This document shows positions 1-6,998 of a DNA stretch of 11,700 bases, one piece after another. A model generated the notes under the pieces. It did no database searches. It saw only the letters and a program-made list of their open reading frames with translations, and was not told the origin of the DNA. The translations under genes and the position numbers were made by a program. The stretch's first letter is position 1; the number at the start of each line of letters is the position of its first letter. Source of the DNA: a virus (taxonomy: Duplodnaviria; Heunggongvirae; Uroviricota; Caudoviricetes); IMG/VR virus record IMGVR_UViG_2657244940_000002, positions 1-11,700 of that record; one strand, given 5' to 3'.

Positions 1-84
1 CAGCAGTATCGGGATGGTTGGGCACTGCGCTTGAATTTATGGATTTCAAGAGTCATGAATAGTAACTATTTGATAATTAATAAA

Positions 85-1380
85 TTAATTTTGCACCACC
101 TCGTTTTGGGGCATGGTTGGGGCAAATTCGCTTAGCTGTGTATTTAACAGGGCTACCTGTGCATTATTGTTTTCAGACATCCATTTCCCGTATACCTGAA
201 ACACCATTTGCGCATCTGCATGTCCCATCTGGTTTGCTATGAATGCCGGGTTGGCACCGGCTGTCAGCGACCAGCAGGCATAAGTATGTCTCGACTGATA
301 TGATTTGCGGTGGCGGAGGCCAGCGCGCTTTATCGCTGCGTCCCACATCTGCCTTATTGAGTCAACGGTAAAATGGTCACCATAATTTTTTACTCTCGCT
401 GACACTTCAGGTTGAAAAACAAAGGTGCATTTTTGTTTTTCTGTTCTGCCGAACTCTCTGAGGTGAACGTCAATAATATGTTCTTTGCTCAGCCTCGTTA
501 GTGTCATCTGACTCCTGAGAGCGTCGATTGCAGGCTTGATAAGGTGAATTACCCGATTGGTACCAGCCTGTGTTTTCGGTACCGTAAAACGATCTTTTGC
601 TAAATTTCTCCTGATCATCATTGTTCCATTTTTCAGATCTATATCCTCCCACCCAAGCGCACACAGTTCACCAGGGCGAATGCCTGTATAAACAGAAACA
701 CACCATAAATTTTTGGCCTGCTGATTTCTGCAGGCGTCGATAAGACGGATAAATTCCTCCCGTGAAAGAGGATCAGGAATGGTTCTTGATTCCTTTAATG
801 GCGAGATCCCCTTAAACGGATTATCTGCCAGGTAACCGTTATCAACACCGAACTGGAACACGGCGTAAAGATTTGTCATGTAATTATTTACGGTGACAGC
901 CGATCTCCCCGGTTGCGTAACAATATAATTACTTTTGGGGATCTGGTATCCAGTAAGTAATTCTTTACGTACCGCCAGCAATTTTTCTTTATTAATCGAC
1001 GAGGCAAGATTTTTTTCACCGATTATGCTCAGAATATTTTTGATGACGGCACGGTACGTGTTGAGTGACGTTTTTGCGACTTCCGTTTCTTTCAGTGCCA
1101 GAAATTTTTCAGCCAGTTCCTTTATGGTTAAATCTTGTCGGGCCTCACCAAATTTTTCCAGATTGTGTGAGGAGGGAAACTGTTTTGCATAGTCGAAAAC
1201 GCCGGTTTTTATTGCATAACAAACAGAGGCGCGCAGCTCACCTGCAACGCGCCTGTTTTTTGTCGTGTCAGGAACCCCCAGATTTTCCCTGACTCTTACA
1301 CCTTTATAAACAAACCAGATACGTAATTTCCCTCCATGGTTTTCCACGCCTGTCGGATATTTCATTTTAGCTTCTCTCAT
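85..1380 (-). CDS. int: Phage tyrosine integrase (site-specific recombinase)
   Basis: 431-aa ORF. C-terminal catalytic region shows the tyrosine-recombinase pattern (…LRHRKSYQSRHTYACW…GHADAQMVFQVYGKWM). A small Xis-like ORF lies directly upstream on the same strand. An alternative start at 1365 (MKYPTG…) has a slightly better Shine-Dalgarno context (AGAGAAG) than the ATG at 1380. Confidence 0.9.
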   Translation of the reverse strand: MREAKMKYPTGVENHGGKLRIWFVYKGVRVRENLGVPDTTKNRRVAGELRASVCYAIKTGVFDYAKQFPSSHNLEKFGEARQDLTIKELAEKFLALKETEVAKTSLNTYRAVIKNILSIIGEKNLASSINKEKLLAVRKELLTGYQIPKSNYIVTQPGRSAVTVNNYMTNLYAVFQFGVDNGYLADNPFKGISPLKESRTIPDPLSREEFIRLIDACRNQQAKNLWCVSVYTGIRPGELCALGWEDIDLKNGTMMIRRNLAKDRFTVPKTQAGTNRVIHLIKPAIDALRSQMTLTRLSKEHIIDVHLREFGRTEKQKCTFVFQPEVSARVKNYGDHFTVDSIRQMWDAAIKRAGLRHRKSYQSRHTYACWSLTAGANPAFIANQMGHADAQMVFQVYGKWMSENNNAQVALLNTQLSEFAPTMPQNEVVQN

Positions 1381-1399
1381 TGGTTAGTATTGTTTTTAG

Positions 1400-1651
1400 T
1401 CAAGTAAGATGACGTCTTGGTCTTGCTGATGCCTGACGTTCAATCCAGCGATCAATTTCTTCCAGGTTGTAAAAGCATGGGCTGTTATCCCATGGCATAC
1501 CGTCATGGGCTACATGCTTATATTCCCTTCCTTCCATAAACGATTTTTCCCTGGCTTTTTTTAGCGTTCCCTTTTTTATTCCTTTCAGCGCAATTAGCTG
1601 TTCTTCGGATACCCATTTACCGGGAGAGACAATCATGATTACTTCGCTCAT
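1400..1651 (-). CDS. xis: Excisionase-like small protein (Xis/DUF1233-like)
   Basis: 83-aa basic ORF ending 20 nt upstream of the integrase start, the usual xis-int arrangement. Family assignment is from position, size and charge only, not a verified match. Confidence 0.55.
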   Translation of the reverse strand: MSEVIMIVSPGKWVSEEQLIALKGIKKGTLKKAREKSFMEGREYKHVAHDGMPWDNSPCFYNLEEIDRWIERQASARPRRHLT

Positions 1652-1720
1652 CGCTTTTATCTCTTACTTCAGATGAGCGCCGGTTGCAGAATACCAGTCA
1701 CAACCGGCGGTGGTTGAACA

Positions 1721-4201
1721 TTAAAAATCAGCCTGACTCGGGATCAGTTTTTGTATCGTAGCTGTAACGTATTTTGCCTGGTGACGGGCGTCATCCAGTG
1801 CATTGTGGCGCACGCCTTCGAATGGAATAACGGTTCTGGCATCAAAGTCGATTGTTTTTCCCAGCTCAACGATTGTGCGTACATCGCGATCGTTGTGGTA
1901 GCGCCACGGGCAGGGGATGTCCAGACGTTCGTATGAGGTGCGCAAAATTGCGTTATCGAAAGTCGCATCATTACCCCATACCTGAACGAATTTTTCATCT
2001 GAGTATTCGTTGATGAACTCCCGAAACTGCGAAAGGGCATCCTTCAGTTTTACCTGGTCTGTTAAAATGGCAGCTCTGGCTTCACTGGACTGCTTCAGCC
2101 ACCATTCGATGGTTCCACCGTCAGGAACAGCCCCTGTATTCATTGCGTCAGTCAGACTGATAACGATATAAAATACTGGCCCGATTTCCCCTGTTTGTGG
2201 GTCGAAGAAAACCGCACCAATAACCACGATGGGCGCATTGGTGTTGGTTCCCATTGTTTCAAGGTCGATCATCAAGTGGTACCACACTCTGCTGGTGGAT
2301 GTGATAACGTGATGACCGTTCACCGCAATTAAGGGATCTGCCGTCTCGCCAGTTTCATTATCGCTGGCGTGGTCCTGAGCGCTGCCAGCATTCTCCTTGT
2401 GTGGATGTTCAGCGCCTTCCATTTCCTCCGGATCATTTTCCTGAACTTCAACCTGATTCTCTTCATTGAATGTTTCCTGGTATGTTGCGTCGCCCATCAC
2501 CGCGCCACAATCAGGGCAGTTGCCGCCGCCGGTCTGACCGCAGGCGGTGCAGATCTTTTCCGGTTCCTGTTGCACTACTGGTTCAGGTTGTTTCGTTTCT
2601 GGCTCATTTTGTAACGCATTTGGGCTGTTTTGTTCCGCTTTCTGGCCGTTCTGTTCCGTTTCTTGCTGGTTCTGGTTCACAGAATCGCGGGTTTCCATCC
2701 CCTTCACCCATTTCGGATCATTCGGATCGCTAATTCCTGCAACAAATTCACCACGTGATACTGCAAGCAGTTCATCGGCGTCAGGCTGGCTGATATTGGC
2801 TGCCTGCATAATGTTGTTTACTTCGTCAGCGGTAACTTTTACCGGCCCTGGTTGTGCGGTCGTGTCAGATGCACCAGTATTTTGTTGTGAACCTGAGTAT
2901 GTACTGTTTTTGCGGACGAAATATTCTTCTTTCGTGATTTCAGTAGCCCCGGCAGCCAGTGCCTTATCCAGACCAGAAAGTTTGTTTGCGCGACCGTATT
3001 TTTCGCCATCCTTGTCGGTGAAGAGGAAGTAGAACGGCCCCTCACGCTCTACAGATGGTTCGACTTCCACTTTGCATTCGGTTTTTTCGTTGTCCGGAAT
3101 TGCCGTTTCCACTGCATCAGTTTCTGGTACTGGCGACGAGAGAGTATCAGTTGCGATCTGATTTGTTCCTTCATCTTCAAACACGCCCTTTGTAGTCAGG
3201 TATTCAGTAATGTATTTGTTCAGTGCCACAGGGTCTTTGTGAATGTCGATCGGACGCTCACGGACAAGGCCAAAAATAGTCTGGCGGTCGTAGCGAAGGG
3301 CATCAGGCTGTTTGCGCATTGATGCTGAGATACGCTTCCAGTCTTCGCGGTCGTTGTTGATAACTTCATTTTTTGCCCAGCGATGGATGCTGCCGTCAAT
3401 GTTTCCGGCATCAATGTCACCAGGCCACAGAGCGTAGGCCAGTTCATCATCCAGTGTTTTCCATGTCTGCTTATATTCGCGACGAATGACTGCAGTGACA
3501 GGGGAGATATTTTCTGCTGAGTTTTCAGTGTGCTGTCGGTTGACTCTGGCGCGGGCGAGATCAACAGCAGACGTGTATTTTCCGGTTTCCTTGCGTTCAC
3601 CTTCGCGACGTTTTTTCCAGATGCGCATCTCTGCCTGAATTTCGGGCCATTTAGCTCCAGGCTTACATTTATGCTTAACCCACCCGATGGCATGCAACTT
3701 AAGTTCTGGATACATGGCGTTAACTTCTGGCATTTTCATCAACGCTTCAACGATATGTCCGTCGAATGTTGCCATGTCTTCCTGCAACAGTTCCTGTGCA
3801 CTAATCACCATATCAACGGTGATGTTTTCACATGTGTCGAACTTAACCATGACAGCGTTCTGTACTTCAGGGGCCAGCTTGTCAAAAGTGACGTTCATCG
3901 GATCTGATTCAGTCTCAACCGGGACAAAGGAAGCTGACTCCTCATCCCAGCGGTTTTCCTGCATATATTCAGCATCCCAGGAATCGAGGGCAGGGCGGGG
4001 TATACCGGGTTTATCCTCGCAAACAAGAAATTTATAAGCGCAGTCCTGAGCAGCCGGATAATGTTCCAGGAATTGCCAGTGAAATTTTGCGCGGGCGCGA
4101 CGTTCATCACCGGCTTCAATGGCAGTGGCTACAGCGACTGCACCTTCTTCCTTTATTGCCTGTTCGTCCGGAATGGCGGCGCAAATAAAGACTTTACTCA
4201 T
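1721..4201 (-). CDS. Large phage exonuclease with C-terminal DEDDh (DnaQ-like) 3'-5' exonuclease domain
   Basis: 826-aa ORF with GAGG about 11 nt upstream of the ATG. C-terminal ~190 aa (nt 1724-2284) carry the three DEDDh motifs: MIDLETMG (Exo I), WGNDATFDN (Exo II), HNALDDARHQA (Exo III). Central Cx2C-x11-Cx2C zinc ribbon (CTACGQTGGGNCPDCG, nt ~2506-2551) flanked by acidic Q/E/P-rich linkers. It occupies the exo/recE slot of lambdoid prophages. Confidence 0.85.
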   Translation of the reverse strand: MSKVFICAAIPDEQAIKEEGAVAVATAIEAGDERRARAKFHWQFLEHYPAAQDCAYKFLVCEDKPGIPRPALDSWDAEYMQENRWDEESASFVPVETESDPMNVTFDKLAPEVQNAVMVKFDTCENITVDMVISAQELLQEDMATFDGHIVEALMKMPEVNAMYPELKLHAIGWVKHKCKPGAKWPEIQAEMRIWKKRREGERKETGKYTSAVDLARARVNRQHTENSAENISPVTAVIRREYKQTWKTLDDELAYALWPGDIDAGNIDGSIHRWAKNEVINNDREDWKRISASMRKQPDALRYDRQTIFGLVRERPIDIHKDPVALNKYITEYLTTKGVFEDEGTNQIATDTLSSPVPETDAVETAIPDNEKTECKVEVEPSVEREGPFYFLFTDKDGEKYGRANKLSGLDKALAAGATEITKEEYFVRKNSTYSGSQQNTGASDTTAQPGPVKVTADEVNNIMQAANISQPDADELLAVSRGEFVAGISDPNDPKWVKGMETRDSVNQNQQETEQNGQKAEQNSPNALQNEPETKQPEPVVQQEPEKICTACGQTGGGNCPDCGAVMGDATYQETFNEENQVEVQENDPEEMEGAEHPHKENAGSAQDHASDNETGETADPLIAVNGHHVITSTSRVWYHLMIDLETMGTNTNAPIVVIGAVFFDPQTGEIGPVFYIVISLTDAMNTGAVPDGGTIEWWLKQSSEARAAILTDQVKLKDALSQFREFINEYSDEKFVQVWGNDATFDNAILRTSYERLDIPCPWRYHNDRDVRTIVELGKTIDFDARTVIPFEGVRHNALDDARHQAKYVTATIQKLIPSQADF

Positions 4202-4281
4202 GTTGTTTTAACCTCATTACAGATTTAAGGGTGAACAAATCTCTGCCATTGCTGGCATATAAAAATGAAACCGGATATTAA

Positions 4282-4485
4282 TTACGGTGCTGTTTTAAGT
4301 CCTGCCGGGATTTCGTTATTATCCATGTGAATAACTTTATCGACCGGATAGCAGTTACCGGGAATTTTTTGTTCTGCTGCGGCAGCCATGCATTCTTTCA
4401 TTGAACCGTAAATGTCAATAACCATGTCAACAGGCTCGCCAGTATTAAGAAAAACAGTCAGAGTGAGGGCAATAGTAGTATTCAT
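4282..4485 (-). CDS. ydfD: YdfD-like small membrane (lysis-type) protein
   Basis: 67-aa ORF starting at the internal ATG (MNTTIALTLTVFLNTGEPV…) with a hydrophobic N-terminal segment. Its ATG overlaps the dicB stop as ATGA. Synteny dicB-ydfD matches Qin prophage. The longer track ORF (to 4539) would overlap dicB. Confidence 0.6.
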   Translation of the reverse strand: MNTTIALTLTVFLNTGEPVDMVIDIYGSMKECMAAAAEQKIPGNCYPVDKVIHMDNNEIPAGLKTAP

Positions 4486-4670
4486 TGCCAGTATCCTTTT
4501 TGCATCGGGCGTAAACGTGCCAGCATTGAAAGAATGCATATTTTATTTAATAGCTCCCGTTCGTGTTTTCTCTTATTAATGGCATCTTCAGTAAATACAG
4601 GGTTACTGATTCTGACACCAATTTCAAAACAACCTTCAGACGTATTGACGTTTGGTAATAACGTTTCCAT
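4482..4670 (-). CDS. dicB: Cell-division inhibitor DicB
   Basis: 62-aa product METLLPNVNTSEGCFEIGVRISNPVFTEDAINKRKHERELLNKICILSMLARLRPMQKGYWQ closely matches my recollection of E. coli K-12 DicB (62 aa). GAGG lies 8 nt upstream of the ATG at 4670. The 94-aa track ORF is an upstream extension with no RBS. Confidence 0.8.
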   Translation of the reverse strand: METLLPNVNTSEGCFEIGVRISNPVFTEDAINKRKHERELLNKICILSMLARLRPMQKGYWQ

Positions 4671-4853
4671 TATCGCGTCCTCAACAATGAATTTTGTGAT
4701 GCGGTGCCTGGTGCCTCCAGGTGACGTTAACCAGTTAATAATTAACGCCGGATACAGAGAACCCACCCATAAGAACCAATACGGAAGTCAACTGGCCTTT
4801 TTAACTGTTCCGCGTGCGCTGAGCCGCATTCACCGCATCACAAAATTCACTTT

Positions 4854-4916
4854 AAAAGGGGCGGGTATCATGGGAAAAACAAAACGGATACCCGCCAAAA
4901 GGTAATCAACATGGGT
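4854..4916 (-). ncRNA. dicF: DicF-like small RNA (divergent homolog) with intrinsic terminator
   Basis: Minus-strand sequence …CCATGTTGATTACCTTTTGGCGGGTATCCGTTTTGTTTTTCCCATGATACCCGCCCCTTTT, about 175 nt upstream of dicB. It has a 10-bp stem (GGCGGGTATC/GATACCCGCC) followed by CCTTTT. The TTTGGCGG(G)TATC…GTTTT…CCGCCC(C)TTTT skeleton resembles my recollection of K-12 DicF, but the 5' and loop regions differ. Exact ends are uncertain. Confidence 0.45.
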
Positions 4917-5326
4917 TGTTGCAGCGGGGTTGTCACTCAGGCGTATGGTCAACCTGACAACCCGGTGGACATTTGCGAGGAACGGAGAACCCCCGCCATA
5001 CTTACCGCCGCGCCATTTCGCGGAGTGCCACAACCGGAAGCGCACGGTCGACGAAAATTTAACGACAGGCTATCTATGAACCAGCAACCTCGCCGTGCGC
5101 TTTCGCGTTATGCTCTGACTTTTCAGAGAAATATCCTTTCAGTAAACTGTCAGTGCCGGATGCTCACCCGTGTCCGGCGCACACACTCCACCTCACCCGT
5201 GGAGAACTCCTTAATTACCAACCCTCAGGAGGGTGAATGTTAAAATCAACGCTTATTGCTAAATGCCTTTATCAAAATCGCATGGTAAGCAGCATTTCAA
5301 TAGGCGAATCTGTAGTTAAAAGTATT

Positions 5327-5352
5327 TTCGAAGAGTACTTTCGAAGAGTACT
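5327..5352. repeat. Perfect 13-bp tandem duplication (TTCGAAGAGTACT x2)
   Basis: Read directly: …AGTATT TTCGAAGAGTACT TTCGAAGAGTACT TTTC…. Each unit contains the palindromes TTCGAA and AGTACT. It sits in AT-rich DNA downstream of the 135-aa cargo ORF. Confidence 0.8.
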
Positions 5353-5460
5353 TTTCTGGGCGTGATTTTAATAAATGGAATACCAAATTACCGCCAGCAG
5401 TTTCAACGCGTATTCTGAAAGCAACTGAAAGAGCAAGTACAATTCGCGTTAACTATTTCA

Positions 5461-5868
5461 TTAAAGATTTGTGGGATCTTTGATATCCACAGAGCCTAAA
5501 GTATGTGCATATGGATGTGCTATTGTGCGCCCCTGTAAATTTGCATCGTTTTCTAAATCTTTTGATTTCAACAGAACATCAGCAAGACTCTGAATCATGC
5601 AGAGATAATCAAAAACAGTTGCCGTTTCTGTTCTGATTGCTGAAATAACATGACCATTCAGGCAAACAGAAATTACCCGTTCATCAATATCGTTTTTCTG
5701 TTTTTGATTATCAGAACCATATAGCCCTGAAAAAGCATTGCGCACATTACGAACCATATTATCGATGGTTTCTTTTTTGGTGTATGCCGGGTCAATTTTC
5801 ACCAGACTATCACCGAGTGTCGTTGCAGCAATTATCTGGATTTCTTTTGGTAAATCTTTAAATTCCAT
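5461..5868 (-). CDS. Hypothetical protein, AT-rich cargo (moron-like) gene inside the dicB operon
   Basis: 135-aa ORF (MEFKDLPKEIQIIAATTLGDSLVK…) with GAGG 7 nt upstream of the ATG. It starts 22 nt after the ydfC-like stop on the same strand. The local sequence is markedly more AT-rich than its flanks. No motif I recognise, and no predicted transmembrane segment. Confidence 0.7.
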   Translation of the reverse strand: MEFKDLPKEIQIIAATTLGDSLVKIDPAYTKKETIDNMVRNVRNAFSGLYGSDNQKQKNDIDERVISVCLNGHVISAIRTETATVFDYLCMIQSLADVLLKSKDLENDANLQGRTIAHPYAHTLGSVDIKDPTNL

Positions 5869-5890
5869 TATTAGCCTCGTTGGTTAACCA

Positions 5891-6109
5891 TTAACGTGGG
5901 TATGTAATCATTCTGGCAATGCTTAATGCCGCTGCTTTTTCCAGATTGGTGATATCCTGCTCCAGAGCGGACAGATTTTCAGCCTGCTTAGCCCTGGCTT
6001 CATTGGCCCATTTCAGGTCCTGCGCAGCCTTAATTTTCTGGTGCATCCACTCATAAAGTTCATCATCGGTATAGTCTGGCGCGATGATGACGGGTTCTCG
6101 TTTCTGCAT
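5891..6109 (-). CDS. ydfC: YdfC-like small protein (dicB operon)
   Basis: 72-aa ORF with GAGGAA 7 nt upstream of the ATG, in the position of ydfC (dicA-ydfA-ydfB-ydfC order as in Qin). Predicted helical/coiled-coil C-terminus. Confidence 0.65.
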   Translation of the reverse strand: MQKREPVIIAPDYTDDELYEWMHQKIKAAQDLKWANEARAKQAENLSALEQDITNLEKAAALSIARMITYPR

Positions 6110-6138
6110 ACTGATTCCTCGCGGTGCTGCTTCGCTTA

Positions 6139-6267
6139 TCAGCCGTTAGATTTTGCCGGGCTGGAAAGCGCCTGTTTAAATTCGCTGAAGCTGAGGGCTT
6201 CTTCGCCTTCGGCAAGGCCTTCGAAGTATTCTTCGTAAGCCTTTTCCATGATTGTGTCGAAATCCAT
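6139..6267 (-). CDS. ydfB: YdfB-like small protein (42 aa)
   Basis: Not in the ORF track (too short). Manual translation gives MDFDTIMEKAYEEYFEGLAEGEEALSFSEFKQALSSPAKSNG with AGGTGG upstream. Its ATG at 6267 lies immediately after the ydfA-like stop (6269-6271). Size and position match ydfB of Qin. Confidence 0.5.
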   Translation of the reverse strand: MDFDTIMEKAYEEYFEGLAEGEEALSFSEFKQALSSPAKSNG

Positions 6268-6268
6268 A

Positions 6269-6424
6269 TCACCCACCTGAATCTCTTTCCAGCCAGCGAC
6301 GCGCTCCAGATTCGGTTTTAAACGTTTTGCTTTTGGTATACGTCATTGCGGTGAACGTGCCGTCCTGGTTTGGAAACACGCCGTACACCAGAGATTCGTT
6401 GTTGCCAAGATCGATAGTATCCAT
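6269..6424 (-). CDS. ydfA: YdfA-like small protein (51 aa, DUF1391-like)
   Basis: Internal start of the 77-aa track ORF: MDTIDLGNNESLVYGVFPNQDGTFTAMTYTKSKTFKTESGARRWLERDSGG, with GAGG 5 nt upstream of the ATG at 6424. It is the first gene downstream of the predicted dicB-operon promoter. The longer N-terminal extension would run into the promoter. Confidence 0.6.
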   Translation of the reverse strand: MDTIDLGNNESLVYGVFPNQDGTFTAMTYTKSKTFKTESGARRWLERDSGG

Positions 6425-6501
6425 GCTGACCTCATTTCCCCTTAACGCCGGGGTAGCGGAACTGTTTGCTGAGAACACCGTGCGGTGTCTTGATGCAAGC
6501 A

Positions 6502-6555
6502 AGATTAGCTATGACTAACAATTTGGTCAAGCATTTTTGTTTGTCATGACTAACA
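6502..6555 (-). promoter_or_regulatory. dicB-operon promoter with DicA-type operators
   Basis: On the minus strand: TTGACC (plus 6525-6530), 17-bp spacer, TAATCT (plus 6502-6507), about 75 nt upstream of the ydfA-like ATG. The palindromic operator TTAGCTATGACTAA (6505-6518) overlaps the -10 and spacer. A related site TTGTCATGACTAACA (6541-6555) lies just upstream of the -35. Confidence 0.55.
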
Positions 6556-6565
6556 TTTTGGGCAA

Positions 6566-6599
6566 CCAAAAAGATAACGCATTGATTGCGTTATCTTTT
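6566..6599 (-). terminator. Intrinsic terminator at the 3' end of dicA
   Basis: Minus strand: CAAAAGATAACGCA-ATCAA-TGCGTTATC-TTTTTGG, a 9-11 bp stem, 5-nt loop and U-tract. It overlaps the dicA stop codon and sits between dicA and the downstream operon promoter. The plus-strand reading also ends in a T-rich tail, so it may act bidirectionally. Confidence 0.45.
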
Positions 6600-6998
6600 G
6601 TTTGTTCGTTGACGGGCTTTTAATAACTCTTCAAAGAGTTTGTTGAAATTTTTTACTCGGGCGCGCATCTCGGTGAGCTGAGCATCCTGTTCTGATTCAG
6701 GCAATGCATTAAAAAGCTCAAGGAGCTCATGTTCTTTGGGGGATAGAGCAACTGGCTCCTCAATAGGTGGTGATGGCTGCTTGTCTTCATCGCCAAATAG
6801 AATCCATGTTGGCGAGCACTGCAGTACTTTGCTGAGGGCAAAAAGATTCTTTCCTGTAGGTTCGCTATCATCCCGCTCCCATTGTGAAACCGATACGTGA
6901 GAAATTTTCAGGGCTTTAGCAAGAGACCTTTGGGTGTATTTGAGGTTTTTTCGGCGATATCTAATGCGTTCGCCAATGGTTAAATTTTTTGTATCCAT
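6591..6998 (-). CDS. dicA: Prophage repressor DicA (XRE-family HTH, P22 C2-like)
   Basis: 135-aa ORF with an N-terminal HTH (…YTQRSLAKALKISHVSVSQWERD…). It closely matches my recollection of K-12 DicA (same length). It is divergent from a cro-like gene, with palindromic operators in the intergenic region. Confidence 0.85.
   Translation of the reverse strand: MDTKNLTIGERIRYRRKNLKYTQRSLAKALKISHVSVSQWERDDSEPTGKNLFALSKVLQCSPTWILFGDEDKQPSPPIEEPVALSPKEHELLELFNALPESEQDAQLTEMRARVKNFNKLFEELLKARQRTNKR

Noticed and set aside
1-84. Attachment site (attL/attR) or tRNA target at the integrase 3' end
   Set aside because: Only 84 bp of AT-rich sequence are available beyond the integrase stop. There is no tRNA-like structure and no second copy of a core repeat within the window to pair it with.
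470-1292. Short ORFs nested in or antisense to the integrase gene (470-664 minus; 935-1192 and 1065-1292 plus)
   Set aside because: They lie entirely within the integrase CDS in other frames or on the other strand, with no RBS, as is typical inside a long gene.
1744-4119. Ten ORFs of 61-161 aa nested in or antisense to the 826-aa exonuclease gene
   Set aside because: All overlap the long, motif-supported exonuclease CDS. Their translations are low-complexity (Ser/Cys/Phe-rich) as expected for alternative frames of GC-balanced coding DNA.
1652-4281. Expected RecT/Bet-type annealing protein or Gam next to the exonuclease
   Set aside because: No ORF of suitable size or frame exists between xis and the exonuclease or between the exonuclease and the ydfD-like gene. 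The absence is reported as a finding rather than a feature.
4534-4905. 123-aa plus-strand ORF antisense to dicB and the DicF-like region
   Set aside because: It overlaps the well-supported dicB CDS and the sRNA terminator on the opposite strand, and has no RBS.
4830-5045. 71-aa minus-strand ORF running through the DicF-like hairpin
   Set aside because: It would read through the terminator stem-loop. The translation is Gly/Arg-rich and has no RBS. Explained by the sRNA and structured RNA instead.
4911-5243. 110-aa plus-strand ORF (MGCCSGVVTQ…) across the structured GC-rich region
   Set aside because: Arg/Pro-rich, low-complexity translation with no protein-like pattern. It is antisense to the operon direction and lies over hairpin-rich sequence, so it is more likely noncoding.
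5237-5365. 42-aa plus-strand ORF (MLKSTLIAKCLYQ…) with an AGGAGG-like sequence upstream
   Set aside because: It is antisense to the operon, contains the 13-bp tandem duplication, and has no recognisable features. The AGGAGG is 4 nt from the ATG (short spacing). Kept only as a note.
6269-6502. 77-aa form of the ydfA-like ORF, and the 69-aa ORF at 6063-6272
   Set aside because: The 77-aa N-terminal extension would cover the predicted promoter -10 and operator. The internal ATG at 6424 has the RBS. The 69-aa ORF is out of frame with both ydfB-like and ydfC-like genes and overlaps them.
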